This document shows positions 43,381 to 52,914 of a stretch of DNA of 64,000 nucleotides, in pieces; the first letter of the stretch is position 1; each line of letters starts with the position of its first letter. The DNA comes from Candidatus Hydrogenedentota bacterium (GTDB lineage Bacteria; Hydrogenedentota; Hydrogenedentia; Hydrogenedentales; SLHB01). The stretch covers positions 50,170-114,169 of the forward strand of contig BTWA01000018.1 in NCBI GenBank assembly GCA_045863295.1. Reading direction: 5' to 3'. A model generated the notes under the pieces. It saw only the letters and a list, made by a program, of their open reading frames with translations. It ran no database searches and was not told the DNA's origin. A program made the position numbers and the translations under genes.

Positions 43381-44451
43381 ATGGCGCTCTTCCACGCTTG
43401 CATGGTGTTGGCCGCGGCCTCTCTCGCGCAGCCTACGCAACCGGGCTCGTTCGCGTTCCACGAAGGCAAAATCTTTTTGCCGGTTGCGTTGAACGGCGAG
43501 GGGCCTTTCCAACTGGTATACGACACCACCGCACAACAAGGCATACTGGAACGCGCTATTGGCAAGCCCACTCCATTGCCAGATGCTGTGCCCATCCAGA
43601 ACGCCACCTTGCACGGATTAAAGCTGGGAGGATTCGTATTCACAGCGTCTAGCCTTCGCGCCGGACCAAACGTCGAAGGAATATTGCCGGCGGAATGGTT
43701 GCCGTATGCCGTGACGTTCAATTTCCGTGCAAATCAAGTCTCATTTTCAGGATCAGCACCTCCTGCAGCAACCACGGACGGCTACACCATTCCCCTGCGT
43801 CGTACCAATGACGCCACATGGCGACTCGCAGTATCCATCAATGGAAGCCAACCGTTGGAGTCGGTGTTGGATACGCGGCTGTCCACATCGCTCGCACTGC
43901 CGAGATCCTTGGCTGAACATCAGGGCTGGCTAACAACGGATACGCCACGGTTGGCAATCATCGATGCGTCCACGGATACCGCGCTCGTGGGTCAAACCCA
44001 AATTCGCCTGTCCCAAATTGCCGCGGGCAGAGCCGTATTGAATAACCCAGTCGTCGCGCTTACGGACTCCAATGCCGAACCAAGAATTGGAACAGGGTTT
44101 CTCCGCAGATTTCGCGTGACCATTGACTTGCCCGCCCACTACATCCGGCTGGAGCCGGACGCGTTGTACGCACCAACCGATGGCCCAATCGTCGGCGTCG
44201 GTGTGACACCAGCACAAATCGATGCCGAAGGGTACTGGCTGCTGCACGTCGCCCAAGGCTCGCCCGCGGACATTGCCGGGATCCGCCCGGGAGACCGCCT
44301 GGCGGACATCAATCGCAAGCCCATGAAGGGCGCGGCGCTGGATACCGTGCACGAACTGCTCGCAGTCTCCGAAGGCGATAAGGTCACCCTGGGCATCCTG
44401 CGGAATGGCATGGTTCAGCATGCTCTCATGGCGGCGCGAAAGCTGCTCTGA
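43381..44451 (+). CDS. Secreted tandem retropepsin-like + PDZ protein (degenerate DTG motifs)
   Basis: VALNGEGPFQLVYDTTA and SING...VLDTRL, GIL / IGTGFL...VTID, PDZ GSPADIAGIRPGDRL. Confidence 0.7.
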   Translation: MALFHACMVLAAASLAQPTQPGSFAFHEGKIFLPVALNGEGPFQLVYDTTAQQGILERAIGKPTPLPDAVPIQNATLHGLKLGGFVFTASSLRAGPNVEGILPAEWLPYAVTFNFRANQVSFSGSAPPAATTDGYTIPLRRTNDATWRLAVSINGSQPLESVLDTRLSTSLALPRSLAEHQGWLTTDTPRLAIIDASTDTALVGQTQIRLSQIAAGRAVLNNPVVALTDSNAEPRIGTGFLRRFRVTIDLPAHYIRLEPDALYAPTDGPIVGVGVTPAQIDAEGYWLLHVAQGSPADIAGIRPGDRLADINRKPMKGAALDTVHELLAVSEGDKVTLGILRNGMVQHALMAARKLL

Positions 44452-44529
44452 GCGACCGCAATAGTGTATACTGTCGCGCTCTGGTATGTCCGATAAACCC
44501 ATGCACAAACTCCAGGAGCCGTCTGCATA

Positions 44530-46335
44530 ATGAAGCGCTCGATAGGTGCCTTTCTTGCTGTTCTGACGTTGGCCGGACTGAATCCCGCAATTCGTGCCGA
44601 CGAAATCTCGAACCTGCCGTGGACGCTGCGCGATCACTACACATTCGATGCGCCACGGATTTCCCTCATTTACGCAGTCGATAATGGGGAGTGGTGCCTC
44701 AACCGGGCAGATGGGAAAGTCTTGCTGGATAAGGCACGCGCATCAGTCACTCTTGGCGACGGAAAAGTGATCGATGTAAATGCCATGGGACCCGGCGATG
44801 CATTCCGGAGGAGGGATGTTACCGAACTCGGAGACGGAAGCCGGTACGGCCTCAAACTAACTGGTAGTCAGGGCGTCGCGGTCGAGCACAGCATTACGAG
44901 CCACAAGCAGCATCCGTACTACCTGATTCGGGTGACCGTTACAAATACAAGCGCGGAACCCATCGAAGTCGCCGCCATTTCTCCGGTCGTGGTTCCGCGC
45001 GGATCGATGGCGCAATTGGATCCCGAGGTGGAAGTACAGCGGCGCACAATGGACGTCCTGGGGCCCAACGCGGGATTTAATCCTGCGTCGCCCGCGCACA
45101 TCTTGACGTTTCACAATAAGTCCGTGGGATATATGACTACTCTCGGGGTCTTCCCTCGAGACGTGGCCAGGACGGGCATCAATCTTCAATTCTTTGACGG
45201 CCAGTGGCAAGGAGAAATTACCTCCACGTTCGACCCTCCGGTGCGCCTCGCCCCTGGCCAGTCGCTCGAAGCGGATCCAATCTGGTTGGCGTTCACGTTC
45301 GACACCCCTGAAGCGCTGGATCAGTTCATCAGCTATACACACGCCACCCTGAAGAAGCCAGCGTTTGACACGGATATCGTGGAAGCGTGGTCCACCGCCG
45401 GAGAAGGCGAGCCCCTGTCCGCTGTGGAAGCTGCGGCGAAAGAGTGGTCCGCGGTTGGAGTGAAACATGTATTGATACCCTACGGATGGGAAGGACGGCC
45501 CGGTTCCCTCCAAGGCGCCGATCCGGCATATCCCGGAAATATGGGAGCGGCTGCCCGACAGCTTCAAGCCGCGGGCGTAACGCCGGGCATTACCGTCGAC
45601 ATCCTCGACATCGGAAAAGGTGCGGATCCCTGGGCTATTACCTCGAACGACGGCCATGTTTGGGCGAACCCCGCCGACCCTGCCGGCCGGGATGCCGTCT
45701 TAAAGGCGGCGAAGACGGTTGCGGGGTGGGGCTTCGGTTTTTATGCCGTGCGCCCAACAGCCATGCCCGACGAAGTGCTTAAGACGTTTCAATTGACCCG
45801 CACCCAGGCCGATGCCTTGGCATACGCCATCATGGCTGAAGCGGCGGGCGATGCACCGGTCTACCGCACCGCCTTGGGCCACCTGGGAACCAATGTGGAT
45901 CAATGGCTCCAAGCCGCCATTTGTTCCAGCCGGCTGGACGAATACGACGCGATAGCCGGGCCGGTGCGGTTTGATGGGGGTGGCCAGAATGTAAGTCCTG
46001 AAGTCCTGTTCGGCATGGTCCTGTTCGGCGGGCCCATCGAATTCGCCGGATCGCCCAGTCGCGACCTGGAAAACGGTTTAAAGCAAGTGCTGCCCAAACC
46101 TCGCGTCTGGAGCCGCGCGATCGACGCTTGCGCCGAAACACCCAAGATTTGGGAATTGCATATGCGTTTGAATGATCAACAGCCCACAGAGAAGGCCATC
46201 CTCGTGTTTGGAGGCGCTCAAGCCCCCGCGGGAGACGTGTGGCAGCCGACCGAAGAAAACCTGAAACGGTTGGCAGGCAAATTCGCATTCCTGCGCGCCA
46301 TCCCCAATCGTCCAGCGCCGAAACCCGCGAAGTAA
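44530..46335 (+). CDS. Secreted GH36/GH27-like protein, apparently lacking catalytic motifs
   Basis: Beta-sandwich N-region (LAPGQSLEADP), then AWST, LIPYGWE, YPGNM...GVTPGI, WGFGFYAVR at positions of GH36 motifs. Confidence 0.5.
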   Translation: MKRSIGAFLAVLTLAGLNPAIRADEISNLPWTLRDHYTFDAPRISLIYAVDNGEWCLNRADGKVLLDKARASVTLGDGKVIDVNAMGPGDAFRRRDVTELGDGSRYGLKLTGSQGVAVEHSITSHKQHPYYLIRVTVTNTSAEPIEVAAISPVVVPRGSMAQLDPEVEVQRRTMDVLGPNAGFNPASPAHILTFHNKSVGYMTTLGVFPRDVARTGINLQFFDGQWQGEITSTFDPPVRLAPGQSLEADPIWLAFTFDTPEALDQFISYTHATLKKPAFDTDIVEAWSTAGEGEPLSAVEAAAKEWSAVGVKHVLIPYGWEGRPGSLQGADPAYPGNMGAAARQLQAAGVTPGITVDILDIGKGADPWAITSNDGHVWANPADPAGRDAVLKAAKTVAGWGFGFYAVRPTAMPDEVLKTFQLTRTQADALAYAIMAEAAGDAPVYRTALGHLGTNVDQWLQAAICSSRLDEYDAIAGPVRFDGGGQNVSPEVLFGMVLFGGPIEFAGSPSRDLENGLKQVLPKPRVWSRAIDACAETPKIWELHMRLNDQQPTEKAILVFGGAQAPAGDVWQPTEENLKRLAGKFAFLRAIPNRPAPKPAK

Positions 46336-46374
46336 ACCGGACGCGCCGGAAAATCGCAACGGAGGAATTACCAC

Positions 46375-48048
46375 GTGCCCTATCGTTCGTTGGCCAAGCG
46401 CGTGGGCAATGCGGTGCGCCTGGCGGAATTGGTGCAGATACTCGTCAAGCACGGATTCGCCGACTTGGTTCGTCGATTGGGACTCCACGAAGGTCTGCCC
46501 GCAAAAATGCTGCGGGGACTGCGCATCCTCGACGTTCAGGAAGACATTCCCGAGACGCTGGGCTCGCGGTTGCGCGCGGCCCTGACCCAGATGGGGCCGT
46601 CGTTTATCAAGTTTGGTCAGATTCTCAGCACGCGCCCGGATCTCATCGGCGTAAGCCTGTGTCAGGAACTTACGCTGCTTCAGGATCGTGTCGATCCATA
46701 CCCCCTGGAACGCATGCGGCCGGTTATCGAAGCGTCGTTGGGCGTCGCCATGGAGGATCTCTTCCTGGAATTTGATGCCACACCCATTGCCGCCGCATCA
46801 CTGAGCCAGGTCTATCGTGCGAGGCTCCGCAATCATCAACCCGTCGCCGTCAAAGTGCAGCGGCCGGGAATTCGCGATGTGATCCGATCGGACGTCAGTC
46901 TATTGCGCGCCATTGCTGAATGGATCGTGGAACACGTCGAAGATTTGGCCTGGATGGATCCCGTTGGCACCGTGGACGAGTTTGAGCGCTCCATCTTGCG
47001 CGAATTGGACTACGCCATCGAAGCCCGTACCGTCGATCAATTTAACGAGAATTTCAAGGGAATCGAAACCGTTTTCGTGCCGCGTATCTATCCCGATGCG
47101 TGCAGCATGCAGGTCCTTACAATGGATTGGATCGACGGTGTTCGCGTCGATGCCGTGGACGAATATACCGCCAGAAACAGCACCCCAAAAACCGTCGCGC
47201 TCAACGGGTGCGACATCCTCTGCCGCCAGGTCTTCGAACACCACCTGTTTCACGCGGATCCGCACCCCGGAAACATCATGCTGCTGCAACGGAATCAGAT
47301 AGCCTTTCTCGACTATGGCATGGCGGGATTTCTGGAAAAGCGAGACGTCAACGCACTGGCGGAACTGCTGCTGGCCGTGCTGCAAAAAAACACCCGCCGG
47401 TGCGTCGAAGTTATCGAACTCTTTACCACCTCCGGCGAAGTCGAAGACCCACTCACGCTGGAACACGAAGTGGCCGAATACGTCACATTTGAAGCACAGT
47501 CCATTCTCGGCGGCGGCCAGGTCGGCCGGGCGCTCGAACACGTCACCTACATACTGCGGAGGCATCGGCTGCAACTGTCACCCCGTTTCTCGCTACTGAT
47601 GAAAGCGCTCATGACCATTGAATCCACCGGCCGCGCACTCGATCCCGAGATGGATATGGTGCCCGTCATGCGGCCGTACATTGAACGCATCGTGATGCAA
47701 AAGTACGCCCCCGACAATCTGATGAACGAAGCCCGTCTGAATGCCGAGAACTTCTTGCGTTTGGGAAAAGACTTACCGGACGACCTCCGCCAGCTCATGA
47801 GAAAACTCAAACGCGGCAAGCTGAATGTGCATCTGAATCACGAAGGATTGGAGCGTGTGGCCGCCGTAACTGACCGCGCAAGCAACCGCGTCGCCTTTAG
47901 TGTGGTTACCGGTTCGCTAATCGTGGGCTCCAGCCTTCTCATGTCCACGGAACAAGCCGCCCAAACCTTGGGCTTGTTCGGCTTTACCATCGCCGGCCTG
48001 CTCGGATTCGGTCTGCTGATTTCGATCTTGCGGTCTCGCAACTATTGA
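46375..48048 (+). CDS. AarF/ABC1/UbiB family kinase
   Basis: GPSFIKFGQILSTRPD, AAASLSQV, VAVKVQRP, FHADPHPGN, LDYGM. C-terminal TMs. Confidence 0.95.
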   Translation: MPYRSLAKRVGNAVRLAELVQILVKHGFADLVRRLGLHEGLPAKMLRGLRILDVQEDIPETLGSRLRAALTQMGPSFIKFGQILSTRPDLIGVSLCQELTLLQDRVDPYPLERMRPVIEASLGVAMEDLFLEFDATPIAAASLSQVYRARLRNHQPVAVKVQRPGIRDVIRSDVSLLRAIAEWIVEHVEDLAWMDPVGTVDEFERSILRELDYAIEARTVDQFNENFKGIETVFVPRIYPDACSMQVLTMDWIDGVRVDAVDEYTARNSTPKTVALNGCDILCRQVFEHHLFHADPHPGNIMLLQRNQIAFLDYGMAGFLEKRDVNALAELLLAVLQKNTRRCVEVIELFTTSGEVEDPLTLEHEVAEYVTFEAQSILGGGQVGRALEHVTYILRRHRLQLSPRFSLLMKALMTIESTGRALDPEMDMVPVMRPYIERIVMQKYAPDNLMNEARLNAENFLRLGKDLPDDLRQLMRKLKRGKLNVHLNHEGLERVAAVTDRASNRVAFSVVTGSLIVGSSLLMSTEQAAQTLGLFGFTIAGLLGFGLLISILRSRNY

Positions 48049-48141
48049 GATTTCGCCCCGTGTTCAGGAAGATATCTCCCACTTCACAACACCCCTCTTG
48101 TATGTGATACGATCCAGGTAAGTACGGAGGCATTCCATTTC

Positions 48142-50076
48142 ATGCGTCTCATCCGCATTGGCGTTGCATCGACGTCCGTCAAAGTCGGTGATTTCTCGGG
48201 AAACGCGGCCCGGCTGCGCGAAGTCGTGGCGGCCGCGCGAAACGCGGGGGTGCATCTGCTCGTCACGCCGGAACTCGGGCTTTCAGGGTACAGCTTGGAA
48301 GACCGGATATGGTGGCCGGACATCGCCCGGCGTAGTTGGGTCGCATTGGAGTCGCTTGCCCGCGAATGCAAAGGTATCAGCGTATTCGTAGGCCTGCCCG
48401 TGCGCATGGACGGCCTCGTGTACAATGCGGCTGCCCTGATTCAAGACGGCTCTGTCGCGGGCCTGGTGTTCAAGAAATTCCTGCCCACGTACAGCATCTT
48501 CTACGAAGGACGCAACTGGATGCCGTGGACGTCTGGCCACACCGAAGTGAACGGCGTGCCCGCCGGAGATCTGGTTTTCAAGTTGCCCTACGGAGTCGTG
48601 AGCGCGGAAATCTGTGAAGACCTCTGGGCAGGCCATTCTCCGGCACGGGACCGGGTCATGGCCGGAGCGGAAGTCATCTGCAATCTCAGCGCGTCGCCGT
48701 TCACCCCCTGCAAGAACGAACAGCGCCGAAGGCTCGTGCTGGGCGCTTCGGGGCGCTACGCCTGCATGTATGCCTATGCCAATCTGCTCGGCCTTGACAA
48801 CAGCAGGCTCATTTTTGACGGCGGCGGATTCGTGGCCACTCCCGAGGCAATCGTTGCCGAAGGCGGACTGCTGCAAACCGATTATTGGACGCTCGCCTCG
48901 GCCGTAGTCAATCTGGATGACCTTGCACGGTTCCGCGCGGAAAACTCTACATGGCGGCAGCAGGCGGGGCGGGGGGACAGTCCGGTAAATGTGCGCACGG
49001 TGGATTGCGGTACAGCCCCATTTCAACAGGCCCCTGTCGCCGATTATGTAAAGCAGATGCCCACGAACTTCTTCTTCCCGTCGAACGACGAGGTGAAGAC
49101 GATTGGCAACAGCGCGAATGGCTATCTCGATGAGTTGTATGCGGCCATGGCGCTTGGGCTTCGTGACTATTTCGAGAAATCGGGCGTGTTCCAGAAATTT
49201 CTGGTAGCCCTCTCCGGTGGAAGGGACAGTGCGCTGTGTCTGTTGCTGGCCGTTGAAGCAGCCAAGGCATTAAGGGGCGGCGCCAAAGCCACATCGCTGG
49301 CCGATCGGGTGGCGGCAGTCTATCTGCCAAACCGGGCTTTCAGCAGTTCGGCGACCGAAGACGCCGCCCGGGCAATGGCGACTGAACTGGGCGTGCCCTT
49401 TCAAGTAGTGGCAATCGAAGAGGAAGCCGCCATTGCTTTGACGAAGGCCGAAGAACTCATGGGCGAACCCGGCAGCGTGACGCCGCTTGCAAAGCAAAAC
49501 CTGCAGGCGCGCGTACGCGGCAACATGATGCTGAATTGGGCCAACAGCGCGCAGGGCTTGCTGCTGGTTACGTCCAATTTGAGCGAAGCCGCGGTCGGCT
49601 ACACCACTACGGGCGGTGACAATCAGGGCGGCCTTTCCCCAATTGCCAATGTACCTAAGACACTTGTAAGCCGCTTGCTCGACTACGTGGCTCAGCGGGA
49701 TGGGTTGACCTCCATTGCGAAGATTCTCGCCATCCCGCCCAGCGCGGAACTGGCCGACGATCAGCGCGATGAGGATGACCTGATGCCGTACGTCATCCTG
49801 GACGATCTGCTTTACATATTTGCCCGGCTGCGTATGTCCCTCCCAGACTGCTGGCGAATTCTCGTCCACCGGCATCCGGACCACAACACTGAAACCCTTC
49901 GCGAATGGACCGCGCGGTTCGGAAAGCTCTTTGCCTACAATCAGTGGAAGCGCGAACAGTTGCCGGTCTCCCTGAAGGTCCTCGATCTCGATCTCGATCC
50001 CAAGACCGGTTTCCGCTTTCCCGTTACGCAAAGCATTCAGGCGGAATTGGATGAATTGTCCACTGCAAGCCTGTAA
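48142..50076 (+). CDS. nadE: Glutamine-dependent NAD+ synthetase
   Basis: Nitrilase domain (TPEL, K, EICEDLW) plus SGGRDS, QNLQARVR, PPSAEL. Confidence 0.95.
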   Translation: MRLIRIGVASTSVKVGDFSGNAARLREVVAAARNAGVHLLVTPELGLSGYSLEDRIWWPDIARRSWVALESLARECKGISVFVGLPVRMDGLVYNAAALIQDGSVAGLVFKKFLPTYSIFYEGRNWMPWTSGHTEVNGVPAGDLVFKLPYGVVSAEICEDLWAGHSPARDRVMAGAEVICNLSASPFTPCKNEQRRRLVLGASGRYACMYAYANLLGLDNSRLIFDGGGFVATPEAIVAEGGLLQTDYWTLASAVVNLDDLARFRAENSTWRQQAGRGDSPVNVRTVDCGTAPFQQAPVADYVKQMPTNFFFPSNDEVKTIGNSANGYLDELYAAMALGLRDYFEKSGVFQKFLVALSGGRDSALCLLLAVEAAKALRGGAKATSLADRVAAVYLPNRAFSSSATEDAARAMATELGVPFQVVAIEEEAAIALTKAEELMGEPGSVTPLAKQNLQARVRGNMMLNWANSAQGLLLVTSNLSEAAVGYTTTGGDNQGGLSPIANVPKTLVSRLLDYVAQRDGLTSIAKILAIPPSAELADDQRDEDDLMPYVILDDLLYIFARLRMSLPDCWRILVHRHPDHNTETLREWTARFGKLFAYNQWKREQLPVSLKVLDLDLDPKTGFRFPVTQSIQAELDELSTASL

Positions 50077-50129
50077 TCCTGCCCGTATGCATATTGGAAA
50101 TCATAAGAAAAAGGGCGGGAGGCTGATTC

Positions 50130-50609
50130 ATGAACCAAACGGACATCATTGTGGAACTCGAGAGGTCGGGTGAATCCGTACTGAGGCAATACGACGCCCC
50201 GGAAATCGATCTCGCTAAGTCCTATGGCCCAGGGAAATGGTCCGTGCGCCAGATTCTTGCACACCTTGCCGATGACGAAGTCGTGTCGCTTTGGCGTGTG
50301 TGCAGAGCTGCCGCGGAGCCAGGCAGCCTCGTGCACGGATTCAACGAAAACGCATGGGCTGCGAAGCTGCACTACACGGAAAGGCCAATGCCCACCGCAA
50401 AGGTGTTATTCGCCGCGAACCGCGCGCAGATGATCGAATTCCTGCAACTCCTTTCACCAACCGTATTGGACCACACCATTCACCACTCCGAACGCGGTGA
50501 AATGACGCTGAAATCCTTCCTGGAGTCGGTGGTGTGGCACACGTGGCATCACCTCGAACAAATTGACGCGGCACGATCGGGCCGTATCTGGCCTCCCCAA
50601 GAGCCATGA
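50130..50609 (+). CDS. DinB/YfiT family protein
   Basis: YGPGKWSVRQILAHLAD, HSERG, WHTWHHLEQI. Confidence 0.88.
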   Translation: MNQTDIIVELERSGESVLRQYDAPEIDLAKSYGPGKWSVRQILAHLADDEVVSLWRVCRAAAEPGSLVHGFNENAWAAKLHYTERPMPTAKVLFAANRAQMIEFLQLLSPTVLDHTIHHSERGEMTLKSFLESVVWHTWHHLEQIDAARSGRIWPPQEP

Positions 50610-50625
50610 ATAGAAAGGGCACACC

Positions 50626-51099
50626 ATGACCAAGGCAGAAATCCTCAAGGGATTCGAAGACTCAAGAAAGGCCGTGCTCGATCAGTTCGACGCCCCCGAA
50701 GCCGATTGGAACAAGACCTACGGTGTGGGCAAGTGGACCGTTCGGCAAATACTCGCCCACCTCGCCGATGTCGAAGTCGTGTGCCTGTGGCGGTTTCTTC
50801 GCGGCGCGGCGGAGCCGGGCAGTCCGGTCGAAGCCTTTGACGAAAACAAGTGGGCCGCTTCGCTTGCCTATGAGAGCCGCTCGCTCGCTGTCGCGCGAAG
50901 CACGTTTGAAGCCAACCGGAACCAACTCCTCGAGCTCATTGCCGTCATGCCCGAATCGTCTCTCAACAACACCATACTTCATAGTGAATCCGGTGAACTC
51001 AAGCTGGATTTCTTTCTGGGGAAGATGATTAAACATGCGTTCCATCACGTCGATCAGATCAGAGCCGCCCGCGAAGGTCGCTCCTGGACGCCGGCATAG
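50626..51099 (+). CDS. DinB/YfiT family protein (tandem paralog)
   Basis: YGVGKWTVRQILAHLAD, HSESG, HAFHHVDQI. Confidence 0.88.
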   Translation: MTKAEILKGFEDSRKAVLDQFDAPEADWNKTYGVGKWTVRQILAHLADVEVVCLWRFLRGAAEPGSPVEAFDENKWAASLAYESRSLAVARSTFEANRNQLLELIAVMPESSLNNTILHSESGELKLDFFLGKMIKHAFHHVDQIRAAREGRSWTPA

Positions 51100-51550
51100 G
51101 CGGGCTTGACTCCATTCGGGCAGTCCATAGGTAACGATCCCGTGTCAGGAATGCGCGAAACGCTCACTTAAAGAACGGATTCTAAATGGCGAGCGCTTCG
51201 ATCGTTTCCCCATGCCGCAATTCCTCACTGTAGAGCAGCCTGCATCCGGCATCGAGTGCGGACGCCACAATGAGCGCGTCATGAATGCCATACCGTAGTC
51301 GTGCCTCTGCCCTGCGGCAAATCTCGACGTTGCCTTATGGCTTACCGTATTTAGATATTCCTGAACCCCGCGAAATCGGATACATGCTCCCTAGCCGAAT
51401 TGTGCGTGATCCGTGCCGGATTTCTCCTCGTCAAGCACCTCAAAGAGTTTTTCTTGGGATATCAGTTCAATGAATGCCCTGTTGCATTGAAGATAAGTTC
51501 ACGTGAACCGGCAACTTCCGAGTGCAATGACCCTAAATCCCCGAGGTCCG

Positions 51551-51575
51551 GTGCAACACACTTAACCTAATAAGT
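51551..51575 (+). promoter_or_regulatory. Conserved motif GTGCAACA-N10-AATARGT, copy 1 (upstream of portal)
   Basis: GTGCAACACACTTAACCTAATAAGT, ending 33 nt before the ATG. 20/25 identical to copy 2. Confidence 0.7.
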
Positions 51576-51608
51576 GAAGACATCGGCACTCAACGTGGGG
51601 AGAACACC

Positions 51609-52871
51609 ATGGCCCGCTGGTTCGACTGGAAGAGAAAAGAACGAAAACCCGTTTTCTCGCCCGTCGCGGAAACGTTCACCGAAAGCGAGTCCCGCTCACG
51701 AACCATTTCCTACGCCGAGGACGAGGCTGTCTGGCGCCAAAACATGGCCGGTCTGGTCCCTCTGCCCAATCAGACGCCCTTCTTCATGCTCCCTGTATAC
51801 CGCTTCCTTCGAGACTCTATCCCCGATATCTCGGACGCCGTATGGACATGGAAAAGGCTATGCCAAACCGGGTACGACATCGAAATCCTAAATGCCTCGT
51901 CCGATTTGGCGCACGAAAGGGCCGCGCGCCTGTTGCGCGACTTGGACAAGCGGGTCAACACCGGCGACCGGGGGATGGACGGCCTGTTGGACGTGTTCTA
52001 CACGTCACTGTTTACTTACGGCGCCGCGGCACTGGAGGTCGTGCTGTCGTCCAGCCGCGAGTCAATTCACGACGTGGTGCCTGTAGACGTGTGGACCGTC
52101 CGGTTCAAACGCGAAGAAGGCGTCCTGCAACCGTATCAGGTGCATGAAGGCGTGGAAATCCGTCTGCCCAAGGAACGATTTATCTATATCGGCCTCGATC
52201 GCGACGGCACCAACCCATACGGCCGCTCGATGCTCCGGTGCATTCCGTTCATGGTAAAGATACAACAGCGTTTGATCGAAGACATGGCCAAGGCCACCCG
52301 CAACGCGGGCTGGAGCAAGCTCCATGTGAGCTATACACCGGAAGAGCGCAACCGTGGCGAATCCGCCGAGGCGCATGAGAACCGGATCGCTCACAACTTC
52401 GCGGACCTCCGGGATAGGCTCCGCCGCATCGAGAGCGATCAGAATCTGGTCACCTACGACAACGTGGCGGTCAACCTCATTCGCGGCGATCAACACGCGC
52501 AAGTCTTTTACGACAATCACAAGGCCATCGAGGAACAGGTAATCACGGGCATGCACCTCATGCCCATCCTGCTGGGCAGGAACTACGGCACTACCGAAAC
52601 CTACGGCACCGCGCAATTTGAAATCATTAACCGCCAGGTGGAGGCCGTTAACCGAAGCGTCAAGCGCATCCTTGAGCGACTCTACAACTTCGAACTCGCC
52701 CTCATGTGGGGCGAAGCGGAAGCGCGGGTGAACATGCGCTCCAACCGCACCGTCGACGTGCTCAAGGAAGCGCAAGCACGAGGTCTGGAAATCGATAACG
52801 CCCTTCGACTGCGCGACGAAGGAGTTCTCAATCATGCCGGCGCTGCAAAACTCCTAGGCTTCGAAGTATAG
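51609..52871 (+). CDS. Phage-type portal protein
   Basis: 420 aa. LFTYGAAALEVV, NPYGRS, PILLG...TTETYG..Q pattern typical of portals. First gene of a head module. Confidence 0.8.
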   Translation: MARWFDWKRKERKPVFSPVAETFTESESRSRTISYAEDEAVWRQNMAGLVPLPNQTPFFMLPVYRFLRDSIPDISDAVWTWKRLCQTGYDIEILNASSDLAHERAARLLRDLDKRVNTGDRGMDGLLDVFYTSLFTYGAAALEVVLSSSRESIHDVVPVDVWTVRFKREEGVLQPYQVHEGVEIRLPKERFIYIGLDRDGTNPYGRSMLRCIPFMVKIQQRLIEDMAKATRNAGWSKLHVSYTPEERNRGESAEAHENRIAHNFADLRDRLRRIESDQNLVTYDNVAVNLIRGDQHAQVFYDNHKAIEEQVITGMHLMPILLGRNYGTTETYGTAQFEIINRQVEAVNRSVKRILERLYNFELALMWGEAEARVNMRSNRTVDVLKEAQARGLEIDNALRLRDEGVLNHAGAAKLLGFEV

Positions 52872-52914
52872 GACTCATGGGTCCCGCGGGACCCATCTCA
52901 CGGGAGATACATTC

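Noticed and set aside
51285..51473. 62-aa ORF upstream of the portal as small terminase or regulator
   Set aside because: No clear RBS and no recognisable motif or HTH. Cannot be supported.
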